DNA from: Paramecium tetraurelia
Taxonomy: Eukaryota
NCBI GenBank assembly: GCA_000165425.1
Contig: CT868274.1
Location: 62,001 to 126,000, forward strand
DNA length: 64,000 nt
Direction: 5' to 3'
Shown here: positions 24,083 to 41,227 of the stretch, piece after piece
How the letters are laid out: every line of letters starts with the position of its first letter
Position numbering within the stretch: the stretch's first letter is position 1
Program-made: the position numbers and the translations under genes
The notes under the pieces: model-generated
Databases searched by the model: none
What the model was told of the DNA's origin: nothing
The model's input: only the letters and a program-made list of their open reading frames with translations

Positions 24083-26818
24083 TCAATTATACTCTAATTG
24101 TGCAAATACTTCAGCAATCATCTCCAATTTCACAGGTTTAGTAATAAAGGCATCAAAACCAACATTTTCACACCTTTCCTATTCACTTTCATCATCAAAT
24201 CCCGAGATCGCAATTATTTTTACATCCTCAATGACTTTTTTGGCAATCTAATTTAAATTCTGATATTACCATATCTCGAATCTTAGCAACAGCCTTCCAC
24301 CCATTTAAAATCGGCATGAAGAGATCCATCAGAACATATTTAATGTTCTTGCTTTTCTGAAATGTTATTAACTATACACATATTACAAAAATAATTACTT
24401 TATTAATAGCTTATTAACCATTATAGGCTTCTAAAAATGAAACATTTAATGAAATATCCTACAATAACAATTTCAAGGCCAATACGTTAAATGGTTGATC
24501 ATCAACAATCAGTATTGAAAATGTTTTGTTTTACAAAGTCTTTTGTAATCTTGATCGAGGATCCATTATTTCTTACGAGTCATCCAAAGTCTGCTCTTTA
24601 ATTTTTATTCTGCTTGCTGTTGGAGATTTTAGATTTTACAAAATGTTAATGTTTTATAATTTCTACTGTCCTTCATCCTCATGTTCTGGATTCAAATCAA
24701 AGCCTGCCTCCGTATCATTTTTATCAACAGGTCTTGAGTAAACACGTAAAATTGATGACCTCACAAATTTTTATTACATTTCCTATTCATCAATTAGAGA
24801 GGGACTGTCAAGATTAAAGTTTTTAGAGCTGCTCTCCTATTTGAAAACACTAATATAATTAGGTGATCTCTTAGGATCGTCAGGCAATCGAGAATAAATC
24901 TGAAATGACATTCTCGTTCCTTTGTTTTGCTCACTCCATAGATCAATTTTCTCGGATGGACCCAACAATTTGATAAGCTTCTTACAAACCATCAATCCAA
25001 TCCCAGTTCCACTCTTATTTTGGACATCCTTACTTGGATATGTGGCATACATATTGAATAATTTAGGCTTGATTAGATCCGAGATACCACAACCTGTATC
25101 TTGAATAGATATGGTATAAACCATCCTACCCTGTCCAGATTAAGACTTAACAGATTTTCCAGATAACTATTTCCGCAACTGCCCTACTGATTATTAATTT
25201 TATTATTGATGGAGCACACTTTTGGATGAAATTGTTCTAACTATATGATTAGCTTTATCAGTCTGTGGAGATTCAACTGATATTGTGATTGATCCTTGTT
25301 CAGTAAATTTTAATGAATTAGAAATAAAATTCATAAGAATCTATTTGATACGATTAGGATCACTATAGATTTAAAAAGAAGGAATGTCATAATGTGTTTA
25401 TATAACAACTCCTTTTTGTTCAGCTTAAATAGCTACCAATTCAACCACTTCATCTATAATTTCGTTTAAATAAAAGTCACTAACACTCAATCTTAACTGG
25501 TTTTTCTGGATCCTGGCAAAATCTAAAATGTCATAAATCATGTACAACATCAAGTACACATTCTTTCTAATTATTCTCAAATAATATTTGGAAGGAGCAC
25601 TAAGATTGTATCTTTCCTCCATCGCCTCTACTATGGTACAGATTCCATTAATGGGAGTCTTAAAATCATGAAACACAGTCGCCAATATCTAATCCTTATT
25701 GTCGTTTTGTCTTTTGCTTTCTTCAAGTTCTTCAGTCAATATTTGTAACAACTTTTGGCTCTCCAAGTCTTTCAAGGAAATCATAAAAGCTTCTTTATTT
25801 TTCCAAATGCAATGCTGCACTGTTATATTCATTTTTTTTTATTTCAACTCGTTAATCCCAAATAATTTATATTGGCTATCCTTAAATCTGAATTTGCTCT
25901 TTCCGTGAGGGGTATCGTCATTGAATTAATTGGAAAGTTGAAATTTTTGATTTTCAATTTAAACTTTAGGACTTTCAATATTTATGAAGTCCTGCTTTTC
26001 TATATTGATTTCGTCTTGCAATAATGTAGTTATTTTTTTATTTTATTGAGTTTCAATAAATTGATAATCTTCATTTGATATTTCTTTTAATCTGCAGTAT
26101 TAGAACCTGCTTTTTCGCTCAATTTATTATTGCTGTTCCTCAAAAACACTCTTCAATGTTTTTTGCGATGAGTCCTAAAATTATTGGAGACAATGAATAA
26201 AGTAATCTTAGTTTGTGGATGTATAATTAAATTCTTATTCCATTTGATTGCTATGAAAAAGTGGTTCTTTTGTTTCAGCATCAAGTATCAGAACTGGGTT
26301 CGTCAAAGTTTTTTAAAAAAAATCAATTATTGAAGAAGAAAGAATCTCTTGAGATTGATCAACAATAAATATAAAAGGAATAAAAGCCAATCCTAAATAT
26401 GGAAACATATTCATATAAAATTGTAATCTGATACAAATGTAGAAATAAGTTATAGAAAATATAGTGATTCGAAATGGCATCCTTTCTATTGATGTTGTTA
26501 AAATAAATAATCTGAGACTTAAAAAGAAAATATATTCCTATTTATTAATATAGTTTATACAGAAGATTAAAGAGATCCTAAAAACTCAATCTATAATATT
26601 TAGCATACAAGGTATGAAACACCTAAAAAAGTTTCTCTAATCAGGTCATTTAAAAACCTTTTATATTACAAAACAATAAATGCTATCATCAAAATTAGCT
26701 CTGCTATGAATATTATACTAAAGTTAAAACAACAGCTAGCCTAGATAAAACTGACTATTCCAGCAACCAAACTAATCGCAGCATCACAGAATCCAAAATA
26801 TAGTAATCTATTATTCAT
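24083..26818 (-). CDS. Membrane hybrid histidine kinase with receiver domain
   Basis: Hydrophobic N-terminus; H-box ATVFHDFKTPING; N-box QILMNFISNSLKFT; G1 IQDTGCGI; G2 GTGIGL; receiver ILIVDDQPFN, LMDLFMP, ITKP. Confidence 0.93.
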
Positions 26819-27691
26819 ATTAAATTAAAATTATTATAAATCAATTCTTAACATCCAAAAATTAAGTATTCTAAATACCCTCTTTGAGTGAACAAAATAT
26901 TTTTGTATTAAATTTATCAAAAACATTTGTACTAAATGGATTCACAAAGAGTACTATAATTTACCAATTAATTAAGATATAATTTTTAATAACTCATTAA
27001 TTAATATAATAAAATGGTAATTCAATTCAAATTTTGAATTTTGGTGAATAAAATATAAATAAGTTACTATTTTTTAATTTCAATAATTTTTACTTTTGAT
27101 GGACCAACCTTTTTCAAAGATCATTTACACAGATATTTTCAAGTATTTAATCTCACTTTAATAGTTATTCTTCATTCTCACAGAATTGCCCTTAAAAATA
27201 TTGTTAATCAGATGAAGAATTATGAAAAAATTATAAAAACTTACTCAATATAAGGTAATCATCATTTTATTTATCTATGTATGTTTTCTTTTTGGCATTA
27301 TTGCACTGATATTTCTTAGGATCCATTTTGAGTCACCATATATCATATCTAATTATATATGACATCGAAAAACAAAAATAACAAATTAATGTTATTTATA
27401 AACTACATTGAAAGCAATTGAATTAAATAGTATAGATTTCACGAAAAGATTTCGGTAAAACATAAATTTTAATCTTAAAGCAAATTTTAAGATTTAGTAA
27501 TAACCTGTTAAAAATTAACTACTTTTATTATACACTATTTCAGTAGCTAATATTTAATAAATAACAAAAAAATCATTTTTCCATAATAATTGTACATTAA
27601 AACTTATAGGAATTCTAGAGACTTTGCTGAATACAAAGATTCTCTAATTTTACATTATTTAAGAACCAATTATAAATTATCTTGTTAAAAG

Positions 27692-29322
27692 TCATAAAAT
27701 TAAGATATTGATCTTATAATTAAATAATATAGATTAAAACTTTTTCATGAAAAATAAATTTTTCGTAACTCATCAAATTATTCATCTAGTTCTTCTATAT
27801 TTGCCCTAGCAAGGAAATCATTTACTTGAAGTGGAGAATTTATCTCTTTTAATTATTGTGATTTTATTATTGTTTAGTAGTGCTTATTCAAATTGCTAAC
27901 GTCTCCAATTTTATTTATGAGGATGCACATGAAGATCAATAATCTAAATTATCTATTGCTTTTATTTTCCTCTAAATTTTCAATTTATTTTAATAAATTA
28001 TTTAATGGCAATCTATAATAATTTTTGACATCATCAAAATTTAAGTTAAAATTATCTATTGATATAAATTTTTTTATCTCCTAATACATCAAATGATTCT
28101 AATAATCAGGGTAATAGATTTACAGAGATTTATATAAATTGTCCAAATAATTTGGCATAAATTATTATTGGAGGTATTTCAAATTTTTCAACAACTCAAA
28201 GCAAGCTTAATATTGTTATGATTTAATCAAATTTTCTATTTCTTTAATATTGAATTTTAAAAATTGTTAACTTTCAAACATCAAAAATATTTTTTAGAAA
28301 AATATGCATTTAATTTTTTCAAGTACAAATATAGAAAGAGGAACTGAGATGTGATCACTTGAGATAAATTTAAGTTTAACATTTTCAATAGCCTAATCAA
28401 TGATAGTAAAATTGAATAGTCTAAAGTTTAAGTATTTGTGAATAGAATTTAATTCAGGTTTAAAAAAAAATATAAGATTATTTAAACTCTCATCTAATAG
28501 AATGGGAGGAGCAATATCAACAACTTAACTATTGTCATCTCTCTTCTTAATTTCTTAATTAATTGAGGATAATGTTTCCTAATCCTCACTATAAAACTTT
28601 TTAATCTCTGTAAATTATTATTACTTTCCTTTAAGACCTAAGAAATCTGTCATAAAGTTTGCAAAACAATATCGATTCTATTGAGAAGGTGAGATAAGGT
28701 TTTTACAAAGTTCTTGCAGAGTTTTAGAATATGAGGAGGTTTCAATTTTTTTTTAGGTTTCAGGCCACATGGATTTAAAAGAGCCATGCTCTGGAATATC
28801 CTGATTTGTTAGTAAAAAATACAAAATCCTTCCAATTAAAAATAAATCAAATTAATAATCATAACAGTTTAATTCTCCATCCAAAGGCTAATATTCAAGA
28901 GGACATCCAAAACCAAAGTCCATCAATTTGATGCAAAAACTACCTTTCTATATGTTTGTGACCAAAATATTATAAATATTAAAGCATCTTCCCATTAACT
29001 TGCTTTTATGTAAATTATATATAGCTGATATTAATTAACCCAAAATATTAATAACTTCAGCCTCCAATAATTTTTTTGATATATCCGCAAGTCTGAAACT
29101 CCCAAAGTATTTAAAAAATATATATTTGCTACCTGGATTTGTTATCATTAAAGGTTCTCTTAAATATTCAGATCTAGGTTCTAAATCTTATGATCTAAAT
29201 GCTTAATCATATGTTCCAGTATAGAAATATGCAAAATAAGATTCTGAGCTTGAAGTTGCTTCATAAATTGTAAAACCAGAGGATTTTAGATTGGAGGATC
29301 TAAATTAGAATTTGGACATCAT
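27692..29322 (-). CDS. Divergent protein-kinase-fold protein (probable pseudokinase); 3' end uncertain
   Basis: LHKSKLMGRCFNIYNIL in place of HRDxKxxN; IKLMDFG retained; DLFLIGRILYFLLT; no glycine loop. Confidence 0.7.
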
Positions 29323-29391
29323 TTGAAAATATATTTAATTATTAATATTTGAGAAACAATAATATCGTAAGTTATAAGCTAAAAGCAAAGT

Positions 29392-30068
29392 TCAACTATT
29401 ATCTTAGCGCCTAGTTCTTTATCGTCTTGATTGTTAAGGCTATTCATTCTGTCTTCTTATTTCATTATACAAATCTTCGTCTTTACCATTTTCACAATGA
29501 TTGCAATTGCATTCCACAGTACAAGTTTTCTATCTGATATAGCATTCACAATATCTTTTTAGACACCTAGTCTTTTTACAATTACATCCCCAAATATCTT
29601 TTGTTTCAAATAATTTTTCTTATGGCACTTTTTTATTTCTATGAGCTTTTTTCTTTATATATTCCACAGCCTCATCTCTTTAGTGGAAATGCATATTAGT
29701 ATTTTTGCAATCTTCACATTTGCAGGATTCGCCACAAATTTAGCCATTGTGAAAGCACGAACAATACATTTTAAGACAATAGGTTTTAGTACAACTACAT
29801 GGTTACCATTTTGAACTCTCATTTATTGGACTCTCTTGTTTTTTTTCATCTATATCTATTTATTTATTAATCACAAGATGTAATTAATCGTTGTTATCAA
29901 TAGCTGAATTTCTTAGTTAGTATTAAATAGATTTTACAATTTTCTTAATTTTAGTATTTTTGGAGATTACTTGTTCTCTAAATCAATCTCACTAAACTCA
30001 GAACATTTGCTAAAAACTAACAATAACTTTGGTGGCCTATTCTCTTCTGATAGTTCAGGATTACTCAT
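29392..30068 (-). CDS. Tesmin/TSO1/LIN54-like CXC (CRC) domain protein
   Basis: CSCTKTYCLKMYCSCFHNGQICGESCKCEDCKN and GCNCKKTRCLKRYCECY..CTVECNCNHCEN. Confidence 0.93.
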
Positions 30069-30452
30069 ACAATAATTTTTAAATATTATATATTTAATAT
30101 AAATTTATAAAAGAAACCTCAAATTCTAATTCTTATGTTTTTACATTTAAATCTTTTCATCTAAATTTATAACTCTATTTTGTTCCATACAATTTTATGA
30201 TCCAATTAAGATTTTTTAATCATCTTACAATGTTATCTGCTCTTCAATATTTGATAGTCCAATTAATCTAGATGGTGGTTATTTCTAACTACTAAAAGTC
30301 TAACCATCAATGTATGGTTAATATTGATGATAATTCTTGGCTTAGATCGATTGGCAAAGCAGTAAGGGACACTTTGAAAATCCAAAATTATATTTTACTA
30401 TTAAATAGATGTTAATAAAATTTTGAATTCAATATTAAATTTCTAACTACAA

Positions 30453-31835
30453 ATGCATGAAGTGTCGGTTGCTGATTTTGAAATTCTAAGAAAATTAGGA
30501 CAAGGGTCTTATTCTTCAGTTTATAAGGTCAGGAGAAAATCGGATGGATAGGAATATGCTATGAAAAAAGTATAGATGACTGGATTATCAATTAAAGAAA
30601 AATAAAATGCTTTGAATGAAGTAAGAATTTTAGCAAGTTTATCTAATCTTCACATTATCGGGTATAGGGAGGCATTTATCAAAGGAGAAACATTATTCTT
30701 AATTTTGGAATTTGCTGGAGGAGGTGATTTGTAATAAAAAATAGAGTACACAAAAAAAAAGGGTTTTGGATTTCATTTTGATGAATAATTGATATGGAAT
30801 TATTTAATTGAAATGTTAGTTGGATTGAACGAATTGCACAATAATGGTATTTATCATAGAGATATTAAATGTGCGAATGTATTTTTGACTTAAGACCATA
30901 AGCATATAAAATTAGGGGACTTAAATGTGGCAAAAATAGTGAAATCAAATTAACTTGCCAACACCAAAGCAGGCACTCCATATTATGCAAGTCCTGAGGT
31001 TTGGAAGGATGAACCATACGATTAAAAATGTGACATTTGGTCACTTGGATGTGTGATATATGAGATGGCTCAACTATAACCACCCTTCTTAGCAAATGAT
31101 TTGTATCATCTACAGAAGAAAATTCAAAGGGGAATTTATGAACCACTAAATTAAAGATACAGCAAAGAACTTAGTTATTTGATATCTAGATGTCTCTAAG
31201 TTTCTCCAAAAACGAGAGCATCTTGTGAGGATCTACTCAATTTAGAGGAAATCAAAAAGAGACAGTAATACAGTGATTCAGGACAATTGCTAACTAATGG
31301 ATCAAAACTATTAGGAACCATTTATTTGCCCAGAAATTACAAAGACATAACTCTACCAAGACCAAGATATCAAACTGATAATAGTGATGCTAGTTTGACT
31401 CTTAATAAACGTCCTAGTTCTCGTGTTTAAAGGACAAAATCAAATAATATTTCGAATGATTCTGATAGTCCTTCATTTAAGAAGATTAAAATAAAAAATA
31501 AATTGTCAAATAATCTCAATATTCCATCTTTGTAAAGAAGCATTTCTTAAAATAATAGCCAACTTAAAGAGAACATCCCAAATAGCAGCAACATTTATTA
31601 ATTGCTACCTCTTCATCAACATCACCCAAGTCATCAAGGATATTAAAGCAATAATGCAGGATAATGCTCTCCGAGACTACGGAAATAGTTATCCTCTCCA
31701 TAACAATAAAAATAAAAATTATAATCAATTTTATAATAAGATTTTTATTTACCAAGAATAGATTAGAAGTAATTGAACAAGTACCAAAAAATCAATTCAA
31801 AATGTTATATTTCAGATATCAGGAAATTATTGTGA
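30453..31835 (+). CDS. NIMA-related (NEK) Ser/Thr kinase
   Basis: GQGSY, YAMKK, NALNEVRILAS, HRDIKCANVFL, LGDLNVAK, GTPYYASPE, KCDIWSLG; intronless, 460 aa. Confidence 0.93.
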
Positions 31836-31910
31836 TTAATATTTTACATAAATATATTATAACAATACAAAAGCTAATTTTTACCATTTTTTTTTTTATC
31901 ATTAATATAA

Positions 31911-35445
<3,535 letters not shown>

Positions 35446-35505
35446 ATAATTTTAAGAATATAATAATTTAATATTGTGCCAAGTTTGTATTAATTATAAC
35501 GAATT

Positions 35506-35982
35506 ATGAGCCGTCTTTACACATTGGAAGATGAATAATTAGATTATGGTTTGGATTATGAAAGTGTCCTAGTAGTTAAAGATATTGATTAAAAAAGATA
35601 ATAGAAGGGAAACGACAATGATCTTCAAAAAGTACTAAGTCTTCAATTTTACAGCAGACATCAGCAATAATCAAAGACTACTGTAAATTTGAGGAGCATT
35701 TAAAGATTAATCACTGAGCAAAAAGAGAATAATAAAAAGTTGAAAGAAAATAAGCCCATCAATTACAAAATTAAGACTCCTTCTTTAAAACCTTATTAAG
35801 GCTCAATAATCACGCCCAAATATTAAACCAAAACACCTTAACTTACAAAATCATTAAAATCGACAATAACTATTACACCGTTAAATTTTTAGGATTCATT
35901 ATAGAAAATTAAGATGTTAGTTTCTAAATAACAGTAAAAATACTAGTTAGACTTTAACAAATTTAAAAAGTCAATATATTGA
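35506..35982 (+). CDS. Hypothetical protein (158 aa)
   Basis: Code-6 ORF MSRLYTLEDEQLDYG...FKKSIY-TGA. Confidence 0.7.
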
Positions 35983-36325
35983 TTTAATAATTTGTATTCA
36001 GATTCTTTTTATATTAGTTTTTAAGTAAAAATATACGATTCAAACATTATGTTGATTAACAGTGTATAGGATATATCAACAATAAGAAAATTCACCATTC
36101 ATAAATATAGTATTAATTATTACGACTATTTTAATAATTTTAGTGGAGATGAAAATAAAAATACAATTCATTTGATAATGAATTTCTCATGATTTTTGCT
36201 AATTTGCGAGATTCTAAAGATAAATTCAAAGAGTTGAATCAAAAATAAATTATACTCTTAATTCAATGCAGTAATTAGTAAAATGATGAATTTATAAGTA
36301 ATAACAAAAATAAATTATAAATTTA

Positions 36326-37060
36326 ATGCAAATTAATGTTAAACAATCTTCAAAGAGTAGAATATTACTAACAATGATTGAAAATTATCACAAATCCCCT
36401 GATGATGAAGCTTTGCTTGAGACTTCAAAAAATAACTCAGTTGCCTAAATTGAAAAGAGATTCAAAAAAAGCTAAGTTAATCATACATATACATTTCCAA
36501 GAACGGAGGAAAATAACCAAAGACTTAATTCTGAATCTCCTATTGCAAAATAGTTTTCACCTAAAGAATAACCTCAATAGAAAGACAACTTCAAAGATCT
36601 TTTGAAAAAAATATATCTCTCTAATCAAAACAAAAATTCAAGAAAAACTCAACTCAACCAAGAATTTATCAAATAACAATATTCAATACTGCAACAATCC
36701 AATCATAAATCATTTTAGACAGCAAACAAATCAAATTTATAACATTCCTTAAGTTAAAATAGGCTTTTAACAGACGTAGGTTTAAAATAAAGCTATTCTA
36801 GGGGACAGTCCCCAGATAATAAATTGTCTTACTCAAATCGTCAGCTAGGAACACAGCTTTCTAAATTTATGAATCAAAATGTCAAGGAAAAACAAAGATC
36901 ATAATAAAATTTTAATTAACAAAACTCATGTAGAAGTTTTGAACTTAGATATTAATTTAACAAGTCACCTTATTCATTACTGTAAAACAAAAGCTTTGAT
37001 TTAATTAAATAGCTTTCATAATTTTCAAGTCTATAAAAAGTAAAATCTAAAAATAATTGA
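36326..37060 (+). CDS. Hypothetical low-complexity protein (244 aa)
   Basis: Code-6 ORF MQINVKQSSKSRILL... in frame with TGA 37058-37060. Confidence 0.68.
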
Positions 37061-37104
37061 TATGGCTTCAAATTATTAGTTTATAATTCAAATAAATATA
37101 AATG

Positions 37105-38121
37105 TCATTCTTTTTTTTTTTAATTAACATCAAATCCTCCCCCACATCTTTTAGATTTAGTCGTTTTTGCTTTCTGCTTAATATTTATCACTTGGGTATT
37201 GGACTCCTTAGGTTGCTAAATTACAGTATCTTGTTATTTAACCTCTACCTTTTATTTTAAACTATAGTATTCTCCTAACACTATAATATTATTCTCGAAT
37301 CTGAGTTCAGAGGCTAACAGCATCATTTGAATGGCCAAATCTTCTGTTGGATTTTGAAATTCATTAGCCAAAAGACACTTTGCTTACTCTATGAAAATTC
37401 TCATGCAATCATATTTTTCTTCAATAATTGCTAGTAATTTTTAAGTACTTGGAACGGCCTTTAAATTGTCTTCCCCATTATCCAACCATCTAATAATATT
37501 GGCTATCTATTCAAATTCTTCATTTAAAATAAATTGTAATAACACAGCCAATGCAGAATAAATCATGGCATGAGATTTCCTTTAATATCTTTAAGTGATA
37601 TTGTATTTCTTAGTTGTTATGCAATCTTAGATAAAACCCTTTAGATGCTTAGATTGGAAAATCGGTTATGAAAGCAAAAACTTTTCTGATCTCACAAATC
37701 CACTAATGTAGATATTGTCATTTTCAAAAAAAATATTTGTCGCTTTTAATCCTAATAAATGTACTCCATATCCTTCAAGGGAAGCCAAAGTTTAAAATAG
37801 TTGTTGAGTTATAGTAACAACTAAAAATTTGTTTCTAATTTTGTAATCTAACAATTTAGTTTGATAGAATCTCCTTAAAACCTCAATGCATCTTTCTTTT
37901 TCATTGTAATCGATTTCAAAGTATTACACAATATTAGGGAGATTCAACTTTATTACATTTTCAAAAGCATTAATTAAAAATACTTATTCTCTTTCATCTG
38001 TAATATATATTTTCTCTAATAAAAAATCATCCATTTGATAAAATTTTGAATAAGCATCTGATTCTAATTCATTTGCAGCGTAATAATTGAAGTTCTTAAT
38101 TCCTAATTTATTTTTCATCAT
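37105..38121 (-). CDS. Highly divergent kinase-like protein (probable pseudokinase)
   Basis: LNLPNIVQYFE, GVHLLGLKATNIFF (no catalytic Asp), IYISGF (no DFG); 338-aa code-6 ORF. Confidence 0.6.
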
Positions 38122-38236
38122 TGGAAATATGTTGTATTTAATTATATTATTATTTGAAATTTCTAATAATAACTAGAATATGATTATAAGTTATTTTTCT
38201 TTACAAAATAATATTTATTAATATAATCAATTTTTC

Positions 38237-39142
38237 ATGAAAAAATAATAATAATCTAAATCTCTTTCTAGTCGCAAACCCTAAGATAATGCTAAGTCGG
38301 TTAAGAAACAGGAGAAACTTACTAAAATATAAGAGGCCTTTAATTTCAATAAAGCATCCAAATACATTGTACATTTTTCCCTTATTTTTAGTTTTAATCT
38401 GGATTTTAAGAGAGAGCTTGGTTAATTAAAAGAGGTTATCAAGATAGGATTGATTTTAAGGACTAGGAGATTGCTGAATTGAGAAAATATTTTTCATCCT
38501 TAGATGGAGACGGATCAGGTGCTATCGGAATAGAAGAATTAGAGGACCCATTAATTGCTTTAGGCTTAGTTAATTCTAGGGAGGAAGTTGAAAAAATTAT
38601 GAGTGAGGTCGATGAGGATGGAACCAATGAAATTGAATTTAAAGAATTTCTAACTATAATGAGAGGAGTTTAGAAAGGTGGAAATGTGGACTAAGGAGAA
38701 AAAAATCCAATTTATGATTTTTTTAAAAGTAAAATTTTTCATATTTGTATTAGAAATGAGTAATGGCCAATTAGAGAAAGGCATGGATAAGCATATTCCG
38801 TTTAAGTTAAATGTCAGTTTATTTAGAAGAAAATAAATATTAAGTATAAATCGATATAAATTATTAGATGCAATAACTGGTGATTAAAAAGAGTTAAAAG
38901 ATAAGGGATAAAAAATATTATAAGCATATAAAAGATAGTTATTGAATTATAAACAATAAGATAGAATCAATAGAGGAGAAGATCCAAATGGTAATTTATT
39001 GGATTAAACATTAGATATCTCCTTAGATTAGTTTCCAAACAAAGATAATGGTCCTAATCCAAGAAATGGATTTCCTAAGCTATAAAGAGTCATTTAACAA
39101 GAATAAACTATAGGACATAATCATAAACACTATGATAAATGA
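38237..39142 (+). CDS. EF-hand calcium-binding protein (centrin/calmodulin-like N-lobe pair)
   Basis: DGDGSGAIGIEE and DEDGTNEIEFKE loops; four tiny introns. Confidence 0.85.
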
Positions 39143-39737
39143 GATCAATTCAATTAAATCATAAATTTAGTATGCTTTTCTAATATCATTTTATTTGATA
39201 TCTAGGATTTAATTCTAAATCAATTCTTAATAGTGTTCTGTTAGCTAAAGCTTTTCTTAGCTAAAACAAACTCTACTTATTTAAATATAAGTATTTAAAT
39301 TGAATTGCTTCAGTGTCACATCCAAAAATAATATTTTTAGAATTGTTTAAATTATTTACACAAAGAGGATTATTAACAATCTATTCCTTAATTCATATCT
39401 TTTAATATTCAAATATTTGCCTTAATTGAATAATCATAAATATTGTCAAAAGAAATATGATATTAATAATTAATTATTCTTAAATATATATATTATTTAT
39501 GAAAACCCATTTTAGTGATTTATTTGATTATCTGTCAATCATATATTTTATAAATATTGAAAAATTTGATTGAACACAATTTAAAAGAAATTTAATAAAT
39601 GAGATTTGTGGGTATAGAAATAAATTTGATAAATTTTTATTAAAATATTGATTCCCATTTATATTATTGTATAAACGCTAACTACTTTTAAATTTCATGA
39701 TTGTTTTAAAAATAAAATTTATTAAATTTTACTTATA

Positions 39738-40619
39738 ATGAACATAAAATTAAAATAGAATAGGCTAACAAAAGTATAATTTTATTATGAGTCAGCATAA
39801 GAAAGAAGAAAGAAACAAGCATTAAAATATATTAAAACTTATTAATTATTTCAAACTCCATAAAAAAGTTAAAGAATAATTAGAGATAATATGCTTGACA
39901 TCAGTTCTACAAAATTAGGTGATTCAAGTTGTTGTTGTTCAGAATGCGGAAGAGAATCTGATTTTAAATAAAGAATATTTAAAAATTATACCTTTACCCA
40001 AACTTAATATTCAAAATAAGAGTCATAAAGATAGTAGTAAATTATGGATCGATATAGAAATTCTAAATACATTAAAATCTTTAGGAAACTTGTGTATTGC
40101 TTGCTTTTCATAATCAGATATAAGATAGTTTAAAATATTAGGTATAGATAACGGTAGAGAATGAAAAAAGCTTTTAAAACAAGAATAGATCATCCCAAAA
40201 TGACTTTTCTTAATATTTTAGACTTTTCATCAAACTAATTTCATATAAACCCAAAATTTAGATCCGCAACTAATTTTAATACTGTCTATATCTAAAATGG
40301 TACAGCTGTAAACTCTCCTTAAGATTCAGATGAGGAATTTTATCATCTTAAACCAAGAAAGTCTTTGGTGCACAAGTTTTCAATAGAGGAAGAATTAATG
40401 CGTAAAAAATTATCTAAATCCCAATAAAAACTATACTTAATGACTGGGTCAAATTCAGTTTTAAATTAATATGTAACAAAGAAATTAAACTAAACTTATC
40501 AAAAGTCAATTGAAAAGCCACAATAAAACGTAATACTTCCATAAAATTCTAAAAATAATGTTGCAAGATAAAATTAATCAGTCTACTTACCTAATATCAG
40601 AATAAAAAAACTTAATTGA
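39738..40619 (+). CDS. Hypothetical protein with CCCSECG motif and short hydrophobic segment
   Basis: 293-aa code-6 ORF; SSCCCSECG and IFRKLVYCLLFIIRYK. Confidence 0.7.
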
Positions 40620-41227
40620 AACTATAATTAACTAAATTTTGTTTTTAATAGAAATCATAATTTAAATATCTAAAATATTGATTTATATACGCCTATCTTT
40701 CAAATTAAATTAATATATAAATGAATTAACATCCTTCACATTATTTTAATTATTATTGTCTTAAGGTAAGAAATTTATAATATATATAAGCCCCTAGTAA
40801 TGTTAATTATTGTACCATAAAAATTCATAACTAGAACAATTTTTCAAACAATTTATTTAGACTTGATATTTTTATATCAAATTATTGAATCATTAATTTG
40901 GTTTCTTCTCAATAAATATTTCATTTATTTCCTGAAAATCTTCTGCTTTCATTTTTCAAAATTTATAAATTCGTATTTTCTAATGCATAAATTTATATAT
41001 TAACAAATAATAGGCAATCTCAAACTAAAAAACATTTAATTTGAAAATTAAATTACAAAAACTGTGTAAACAACTATATATAATCTTGCTTAAAAGTACT
41101 TAAAATATTGCATCCTATTTTATTATTAAACCAATTATGGATTTGAAATTCTGTTAATCTGATTAGCAATTATTCAAACTTTATGAAAAAGAAGAGGTTA
41201 TAACTCTAATATATATTTTATAAATTA

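Noticed and set aside
9981..26818. Bacterial contamination suggested by the S11 peptidase and histidine kinase
   Set aside because: Both use TAA/TAG as Gln, contain tiny spliceosomal introns and match the flanking base composition
26820..27690. Retained IES or transposon in AT-rich spacers
   Set aside because: No terminal inverted repeats or transposase fragments seen, and TA-bounded IES ends cannot be told from background without germline data
30197..30460. Short open frame upstream of the NEK gene
   Set aside because: No motif, and it overlaps the NEK start; TGA-free stretches of this length arise easily in code 6
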